DNA from: Candidatus Acetothermia bacterium
GTDB taxonomy: Bacteria > Bipolaricaulota > Bipolaricaulia > RBG-16-55-9 > DRXL01
Length of the DNA: 62,771 bases
Direction of reading: 5' to 3'
Assembly (NCBI GenBank): GCA_022683945.1
Contig: JAJHSH010000005.1
Location: forward strand, 1-62,771
This document shows, piece by piece, positions 56,794 through 62,771 of the stretch. Below the pieces are notes generated by a model. The model did not search any database and was not told the origin of the DNA. It saw only the letters and a list, made by a program, of their open reading frames with translations. Made by a program: the position numbers and the translations under genes. Numbering within the stretch: the stretch's first letter is position 1; every line of letters begins with the position of its first letter.

Positions 56794-57942
56794 TTACGGA
56801 TCGTAGGGATCGTCGCAAACGGGATAGAGCGGATGATCTTCAGGACAATAGACTATGGGCGGTTCTTCGGGTCTTTCCATCGGGTCTTCGGGATCTTCAG
56901 GCTCTTCTGTTGGCGGTGTGACGATGGCTATCTCTTCTTCTGGCGCAGGGCATGGACGCCCCAGCAACGGACACAAAAAGCTCTGGAAGCCAAATCTGAA
57001 AGACCCCTCAAAGCGATGTGTCAAGTCCAGTTCCGGGTGCGTCAAGAGCGCATAGTCTATCTGAATACCCCGTAGGCGCACCCCCACCCCGACGCTGACC
57101 TGCACCAAGAGCGGATTGACGAAAAGCCCGCCGCGCAGCGCGATCTGCTGCACGCCCGCGCGCGCCAAAGCCCCGTTGGTCAGTCTATACTCGCCCCCCA
57201 AATGGAGCGTCCCGTTCGCCTCTAAGTCGGCAGCGATAGTTGCCGTTGGCATCGGACTGAGCGATACTCCCAGACGAATCCCCATGGGGAAACTCTCGCG
57301 ATGGCCGCTCCCATAGGTGACGCCCAGATTGAGCAAGTTCTCCAAGACGAGGCCGAGGCGCAGCCCGCCCAGAGCGCCGCCGTTGAGCTTATAAAAGAAC
57401 GATGGCTCTAGGGAAAAACCGGCGCCGCTGCCTTCGGGCAGCGTGTTGGTAGAGAGAATTTTCAAGCGCAAGCCGACCGCGAGATTGCTCAACGCGCTCA
57501 GGCCCGCTCCCAAGGGCAAGTCGCCCAGCGAGAGGCCACCCGCTATAGTAAACCCGACTTGAGAATAGTCAAACGAGCCGTTCTGCACGGGCTGGTTATT
57601 CTCATCGCGCCAGTGAATCTGAGAGATATTCAGAAAGACCAGGCCGACGCCCAGATTTCTTCCGCCGGCGAGGGCCGATCCCGATAGTGCTCGCCCAAAG
57701 CGCGATTCGATCATCCCTTGGACGCTGGCGCGCTCCAAGAACGCCAACGCCGCGGGGTTATAGACGACCGCGTAGGCGTCGTCGGCCAGCCCCGTAAAGG
57801 CGCCGCCCATCGCCGCGGGGCGAGCGCCGCGCTCCAGCTCATAGAGCGAGAGCAGAGACTCTTGAGCCGAGACCGCGCTGGCACTGAGCCATACCAGCAG
57901 AGCTGCTAGCAGAACAGAGAACTTCTTAAAGTACTCTCGCAT
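56794..57942 (-). CDS. PorV/UPF0164-like outer-membrane beta-barrel with an acidic Pro/Cys tail
   Basis: Signal peptide; GARPAAMGGAFTGLADDA.AV.YNPA motif; amphipathic strands; IDYAL...LTHRFEGSFRF. Confidence 0.75.
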   Translation of the reverse strand: MREYFKKFSVLLAALLVWLSASAVSAQESLLSLYELERGARPAAMGGAFTGLADDAYAVVYNPAALAFLERASVQGMIESRFGRALSGSALAGGRNLGVGLVFLNISQIHWRDENNQPVQNGSFDYSQVGFTIAGGLSLGDLPLGAGLSALSNLAVGLRLKILSTNTLPEGSGAGFSLEPSFFYKLNGGALGGLRLGLVLENLLNLGVTYGSGHRESFPMGIRLGVSLSPMPTATIAADLEANGTLHLGGEYRLTNGALARAGVQQIALRGGLFVNPLLVQVSVGVGVRLRGIQIDYALLTHPELDLTHRFEGSFRFGFQSFLCPLLGRPCPAPEEEIAIVTPPTEEPEDPEDPMERPEEPPIVYCPEDHPLYPVCDDPYDP

Positions 57943-57952
57943 TGCCGCCCCC

Positions 57953-59053
57953 TTACCGTTGGATCGCCAAGACGTTCACCGACGAACGAAAACTCCGTCC
58001 GTCTTGGGCGATCACCGTGAGAAGATAGAAGTACGGCCCGTTGGGCAGGGGCCGCCCGTTGCTGTCTTTCAGATCATAGACGAACTCGCTCTTAGTTATA
58101 TCTAAGTTCTTGCTGAAGACGAGCTCGCCCTTGAGATTGAAGATTTTGAGTAGAGCTTCTTGGGCCGGGCCGGGCAGGAGCCAACTGTAAACAAACTTGG
58201 TTCTCTCTCTGGCGGGGTTGGGGAAGTTTATAATCTCGACTTTGAGCTCCGTCGGCGGGCCGACGGTGACGGTCTTCTTAGTGAGACTGCTCTGTGCACC
58301 CTTGTCGTCGGTGACGATCAGTCTCACTTCAAACGTGCCTGCTGTCTGATAGACGTGTGTGGGATTCTGTTGGTTGGATTTGGTTCCGTCGCCGAAGTCC
58401 CACGCCCAAGCGACGACTTTGCCGTCGGGATCTGTAGACTTATCGGTGAACTGCACCGTCTGCCCCGCGGCGGGCTGGGCGGGCGTAAAGATAAAATCAG
58501 CAACGGGCGGCTTATTGATTTCTTCTTTGATCTCGAAGACCCCGTTGGTGATCTCTGCTGTCAGAAGCTTATAGTCAACGTCGCTCAGCACGTCTAGAGA
58601 GAGCGTGAGATCGCTCTTGTCGCCGGGCTTGCCTACAGCTTCGACGGCGAATTCTAATAAAGCTCCCGACGTGATCCCCTTGAGATTAGCTCCGTAGAGC
58701 GTCGCGGCGAACCGCACCAGCCCAGAAGTCTGACGATTGACCGCGATCACATTCGAGCCGCCTAAAATCTGCGGGAACTGCACGTCCGTGACGCTGAGCA
58801 CTTTGGGATCGTAGCGAAATTCGCCTTGTAGACTGGCGATCCCCGGATCGGGCAGACTCCCGACGGTGACTTGGATCGTCGTCTTCGTCGCCGGGGCGAC
58901 GGTCTTGCTCTCAACCGTGATCTTAGCAGTAGGGGTCTGTTGTGCCCATGCAGCTACTGTAGCTACAGCCGTGAGCCAACATAAAAATAAGAGAATTCCC
59001 ATCACGGGCCTATATTGCGACGGCAACAGGCCCGGACTTATTCTGCGCTTCAT
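57953..59053 (-). CDS. secreted cohesin-like + PKD protein with a T9SS type-A-like C-terminal domain
   Basis: Signal peptide; cohesin-like region (GIASLQGEFRYDPKVL); PKD (STDPDG..WAWDFGDG); FPNP...IFN.KG..V...G.Y.Y C-terminus. Confidence 0.75.
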   Translation of the reverse strand: MKRRISPGLLPSQYRPVMGILLFLCWLTAVATVAAWAQQTPTAKITVESKTVAPATKTTIQVTVGSLPDPGIASLQGEFRYDPKVLSVTDVQFPQILGGSNVIAVNRQTSGLVRFAATLYGANLKGITSGALLEFAVEAVGKPGDKSDLTLSLDVLSDVDYKLLTAEITNGVFEIKEEINKPPVADFIFTPAQPAAGQTVQFTDKSTDPDGKVVAWAWDFGDGTKSNQQNPTHVYQTAGTFEVRLIVTDDKGAQSSLTKKTVTVGPPTELKVEIINFPNPARERTKFVYSWLLPGPAQEALLKIFNLKGELVFSKNLDITKSEFVYDLKDSNGRPLPNGPYFYLLTVIAQDGRSFRSSVNVLAIQR

Positions 59054-59150
59054 GTGGCCTCCTCGTCCGACTGTTTTTCGAGGCTTTGAAAGAGATACAC
59101 AGCGCTATTCTACTGAATAACATCCCCCGTTGGCAGTGATGGAGATTACG

Positions 59151-60101
59151 CTAGAAACGATAAGACGCGGAGAGCCAGTGAGAGCCCCCCAGATCGGGGT
59201 GGAGGAAGAGCGCATAATCTATCTGTAAGCCGGCGAAGAGCACGCCCAATCCCAAGCTGATCCCCAGTCCGGTGCGCGTCAGCAGGCCCGCGCGCACGCT
59301 GAGCGCGTTGAGCGGCCCCAAATTCGTAAGCGTATATTCTGCCCCCAGATGAAACCCGTCGGCGAGCGAAAGATCGGTGCTCAGCGTCACCAAGCCCATC
59401 AGCGATGCAGAGGCCCCTAGACGGACGCCGATGGGGAAGTTCTCGCCCGCCGGCGCGCCAAACGCCAATCCCAACAGATTCTCTAAGACCAAACCTACGC
59501 GCACGCGATCTACAGGGCCGAACTTGCCCAAAGCCCACAAGAAAGACGGATCGAGCACAAACCCGGTGCTCCCCAAAGATTGAAATTTTACCGGATCGAA
59601 GCTGGAGATCGAGACGAATTTTAATCTCAGACCCAGAGCCAGTCCCTCGGGCAGGGCGCTCAAAAATGGCAGCGATCTCATCGGGGCGCCCCAGCCCGCG
59701 ACGAACGCCAGATTCGAATACCCAAAAGAGCTGATAGTCTTCCCCTGAGCATCTCTGCAGGGCTGATTGGCGCTGGTGAGACAGGGCACTTGACCGAAGT
59801 CAAAAAAAGTCAGCCCAGCGCCGAGGCTCCCGAAGCTGCCGTATGCACTGAAGTACGTAGATGCGCCGAAGTGCGTCTGATAGAGCAAGCTGGCTCGCCC
59901 GCCCGCAAGCGTGGCCAAGCCCGCGGGGTTATAGAAGAGCGCGTATTCGTCATCGGCAAGTCCAGAAAAAGCTTCGCCCATGCCGACGGCGCGCACCCCC
60001 GCACCGATGTCAAAGAGACTGACTAACGGGCGCGCATAGGTGGGCAGAGCTAAGAGAGTTATAACGATGAGCAGACCGAGTGTTCGGACAATTTTAGACA
60101 T
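59151..60101 (-). CDS. PorV/UPF0164-like outer-membrane beta-barrel
   Basis: Signal peptide; GVRAVGMGEAFSGLADD...YNPAGL motif; ends SHWLSASYRF (C-terminal Phe beta-signal). Confidence 0.78.
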   Translation of the reverse strand: MSKIVRTLGLLIVITLLALPTYARPLVSLFDIGAGVRAVGMGEAFSGLADDEYALFYNPAGLATLAGGRASLLYQTHFGASTYFSAYGSFGSLGAGLTFFDFGQVPCLTSANQPCRDAQGKTISSFGYSNLAFVAGWGAPMRSLPFLSALPEGLALGLRLKFVSISSFDPVKFQSLGSTGFVLDPSFLWALGKFGPVDRVRVGLVLENLLGLAFGAPAGENFPIGVRLGASASLMGLVTLSTDLSLADGFHLGAEYTLTNLGPLNALSVRAGLLTRTGLGISLGLGVLFAGLQIDYALFLHPDLGGSHWLSASYRF

Positions 60102-60119
60102 CCTCTGGCTCCTCCTTGA

Positions 60120-61409
60120 CTAGCGCTGGACGACCAGCTTCTCAATGCGCGAGCGACCTACCGTCGCGCCGTTCTTCAGGGCGATCATCACGTAATAATA
60201 CGGCCCGCTGGGGACGTTGTCTTTCTTGATATCCCAAGCGAACTGTCCCGCCGTCAGTTTGTCCTTTCTCAGGACGACCTTGCCCGCGATGTTGAAGACA
60301 ATCAAGATTCCCTCGGTCGCTCCCGGCGGCAGCGAGAAGCTGAACGTGGCGCTCTCTCTGGCGGGGTTGGGGAAGACGCTGATGACCGGCTTCGTCGAAG
60401 CTCTGACGACGATCTCTTTTTCGACGGTGCCCTCAGCGCCGTCGTTGTCTTTTACGGTTAGGCTCACTTTGAACGTTCCTGACCGGGTAAATTTCTTCTT
60501 CGGGTTCTGTTCTGTGGACTTGGTGCCGTCGCCGAAGTCCCAGTCTCGGCTGACAATCTGTCCGTCGTCGGTGGATCTATCAGTAAATTGGATTTCTTCA
60601 CCGACTTCTGGGCTGACGGGTGTGAAGCTGAAATCGGCCTTGGGCGGCGTGATCCCCACAGGGACTCTTTGCGAGAAGGACACGCTCTTAGCGCCCGCTC
60701 TGTCGGTGACGATAAGAGTTACTGTGTAAACTTTCTTTTGTGCGTATTTTTTGGTGGGGTTTCGCTCGGTAGACTTCGTTCCGTCGCCGAAGTCCCACTC
60801 CCAACTGATAATATCGGCAGCGCCGTCGGGATCGGTAGATTCGTCTTTGAAGGTGATCGTCTCATCAATCTTAGGGCTGGCGGGCGAGAAGCTGAACTTT
60901 GCCACCGGAGACTGGTTGACCGGCCCCGTTCCCACGGTGACTAAGCCGTTGGTGATCTTGTTGGGGATATCTCGACCGTCGCGGTCGCGCAGGGTTCTTA
61001 AAGTCAAGCGCAGATCGGATTTTGCCCCGACAGAACCGAGAACTTGAAATTCTATCTTTACTAATGGGCCGGCCTTGGGGTAGGGGGCGCGCAGTTTAAT
61101 CGCAAGAAACTTGATCTCGCCGGCGTTATTATCTATGTTCGCGAAGACCTCATAGTCTTGTTGGCCGTCCACTTTGTTGGCCCGTAAGATTCTGTTGTCG
61201 AACCGGAGGGTGCCTTGGATGTCGGCAACGCCGGCCTCCGGGCCGTTATCGACGTTGATATTGATGACCGAGATCGAGTTGGGCGGTACGGTCTTGCTCT
61301 CAACGATGATATCCGAGAGGGCTTGTTGTGCGTTCGTAGAGAAGAGGCTGAGTCCGAGCAGACTGAGGGAACCCGTGAGTAGAACGAGCTGTCGCGCTAG
61401 GGATTTCAT
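60120..61409 (-). CDS. secreted cohesin-like + 2xPKD protein with a T9SS type-A-like C-terminal domain
   Basis: Signal peptide; GVADIQGTLRFDNRIL; two WDFGDG PKD domains; VFPNP...VFNIAGKVV...SGPYYY...KLVVQR. Confidence 0.78.
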   Translation of the reverse strand: MKSLARQLVLLTGSLSLLGLSLFSTNAQQALSDIIVESKTVPPNSISVININVDNGPEAGVADIQGTLRFDNRILRANKVDGQQDYEVFANIDNNAGEIKFLAIKLRAPYPKAGPLVKIEFQVLGSVGAKSDLRLTLRTLRDRDGRDIPNKITNGLVTVGTGPVNQSPVAKFSFSPASPKIDETITFKDESTDPDGAADIISWEWDFGDGTKSTERNPTKKYAQKKVYTVTLIVTDRAGAKSVSFSQRVPVGITPPKADFSFTPVSPEVGEEIQFTDRSTDDGQIVSRDWDFGDGTKSTEQNPKKKFTRSGTFKVSLTVKDNDGAEGTVEKEIVVRASTKPVISVFPNPARESATFSFSLPPGATEGILIVFNIAGKVVLRKDKLTAGQFAWDIKKDNVPSGPYYYVMIALKNGATVGRSRIEKLVVQR

Positions 61410-61494
61410 AAGTTGTCGTGGCGATTGTAGGGCGTTAGGGGAGCGAAGAGCAAGGTCGGGTGTCCTGTGGGCGTGTCCCGGCGGTCCCTAGTAT

Positions 61495-61530
61495 AAAAAA
61501 GCAACGGCCCTCAATATCACTGAGGGCCGT
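61495..61530 (-). terminator. intrinsic terminator after the RTX-repeat gene
   Basis: 10-bp stem ACGGCCCTCA/TGAGGGCCGT followed by TGCTTTTTT on the minus strand. Confidence 0.75.
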
Positions 61531-61570
61531 GCCCATTCTCGGAAGAACTCCTGCCAACCTCCTAGGCGGG

Positions 61571-62344
61571 CTAGCGTCGGGCTATGAATTCACAGCTAAC
61601 GTCAATGAGATACGTCCCACGCGTCCAGGGATCGGTGATCGTCACAGGCTGGTTGGTGCCCCCTGCGGGGAGTTGAATTCCGCGCGGGAAGTTATAGAAC
61701 AGCACTCTGTCGTTGGTGCCACCACCACAGATGATAATCTCGGTCTGGAATCCTGGTACATCTCCAGGACGAATAATGATCGTGTCATTGCCATCACCAG
61801 CATCGATCTGATCGAGCCCTTGACCGGCGTCAATGATATCGTCGCCAGCACCACCAGTGATCTGATCATCGCCCGGACCACCTATCAAGATATCGTGGCC
61901 ATCTCCGCCGTCAATCGTGTCATCTCCGGTTCCACCAGTGATGTAGTCATTATCTGCTCCACCCAAAAGCGTGTCATCTCCGGGACCGCCTTCGATTCTA
62001 TCGTGGCCACCCCCGCCGTCAACCATGTCATCGCCTCGACCACCGAAGATCGTATCGTTTCCAGCGCCTCCCATGATGATATCGTTACCGTTGCCTCCAA
62101 TGATTCTGTCTGCGCCATCCCCACCGTCAATCATGTCGTCGTGTTCGCCACCGTCAATAAAATCGTTGCCGCCTGCCCCGTTAAGCACATCGTCTCCAGC
62201 AAAACCTCTGATAACGTCATTTCCACCAGTTCCGGTGATGTTATCGTCCCCTGGAGTGCCGTTAAAAATATCGGCCAACACGATAAAACTCACCACTGCG
62301 ATCACAGCAACCGCAGGAGCTGCCAGCCATCTAAGTTTTTTCAT
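61571..62344 (-). CDS. Ca2+-binding RTX-type nonapeptide repeat protein with an N-terminal signal peptide
   Basis: AAGGAGG SD; MKKLRWLAAPAVAVIAVVSFIVLA; 18 consecutive GGxGxDxxx-like nonamers. Confidence 0.88.
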   Translation of the reverse strand: MKKLRWLAAPAVAVIAVVSFIVLADIFNGTPGDDNITGTGGNDVIRGFAGDDVLNGAGGNDFIDGGEHDDMIDGGDGADRIIGGNGNDIIMGGAGNDTIFGGRGDDMVDGGGGHDRIEGGPGDDTLLGGADNDYITGGTGDDTIDGGDGHDILIGGPGDDQITGGAGDDIIDAGQGLDQIDAGDGNDTIIIRPGDVPGFQTEIIICGGGTNDRVLFYNFPRGIQLPAGGTNQPVTITDPWTRGTYLIDVSCEFIARR

Positions 62345-62670
62345 AGTGCCTCCTTCGGCGACTTGGCCCGCCTTATGCAAACCGGCCTACGTTTTGTCAG
62401 TTATAGAACAGCACATGATCACTTCGCAGGCCATTATACAGGAAATCTGACAGCAACGTCGGTGACGTGCGTCACCGTTAGAAAACCATCGGGACCCCGC
62501 AAGTTTGCAAGCTCGTTCATTATGAGAGATAATGCGCACGCTATGCGTAAGGTCAAGATGATCGCTCGCTGCACTCCAGAGGGATGATGGGCCCGTGGGG
62601 GAGGAGAATCAGTCTACACCCAGCTCGATTGTACAGCCTTCTCCAGAAGAGCACAAGACCGCAAAACTCA

Positions 62671-62700
62671 CCGGGGGCCCCGCACTCGCGAGACCCCCGG
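62671..62700 (-). terminator. probable terminator hairpin of a gene beyond the right edge
   Basis: CCGGGGG...CCCCCGG stem followed by TGAGTTTT on the minus strand. Confidence 0.45.
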
Positions 62701-62771
62701 ACTCAATTTGCTCTTTGTATCCGAACCTAAAGGGATAATCTGATCAGACTACCCTGCTGCTACCGCCGCAC

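Noticed and set aside
61460-62587. 375-aa plus-strand ORF with repetitive sequence
   Set aside because: Antisense shadow of the RTX nonamer gene, which has the SD, signal peptide and terminator.
62345-62730. Riboswitch or ncRNA in the long intergenic region
   Set aside because: I could not match any riboswitch consensus by eye; an Rfam/Infernal scan would be needed.
62744-62771. 3' end of a minus-strand gene at the right edge
   Set aside because: Too short to fix the frame or product.

Overview
Bacterial chromosomal window of moderately high GC. It probably comes from a diderm, since it encodes two beta-barrel-type proteins. My tentative lineage impression is Bipolaricaulota/Acetothermia-like, which the sequence alone cannot verify. 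Most of it is housekeeping and metabolic genes: yggT, a two-subunit B12 acyl-CoA mutase with isobutyryl-CoA-mutase-type residues, purD, uvrC, csp, thiolase, arcC, pyk, sdhCAB, rnhB, Thermotoga-type RNase Z, panD, oppBC-like permeases, gyrA, gatB, hutH, era, recO, a DHS-like gene and acs. Accessory genes include VapBC and HicBA toxin-antitoxin pairs, a probable restriction-modification island and several large secreted proteins. Main highlights: (1) a tandemly duplicated module at 56.8-61.4 kb in which a cohesin-PKD protein with a T9SS type-A-like C-terminal sorting domain is followed by its own PorV-like barrel, flanked by a permuted papain-like His/Cys enzyme and a Sec-signal RTX protein, which makes it a candidate T9SS-like export system; (2) at least three families of short palindromic repeats that nest inside each other and have entered proteins in frame (PurD, a GNAT, the GyrA tail); (3) two small genes with strong ribosome-binding sites that the ORF track missed, one a 34-aa very basic ribosomal-protein-like peptide; (4) recurrent leaderless-type promoters. 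I found no CRISPR array, rRNA or tRNA. All product calls come from motif recognition by eye; no database search was run.
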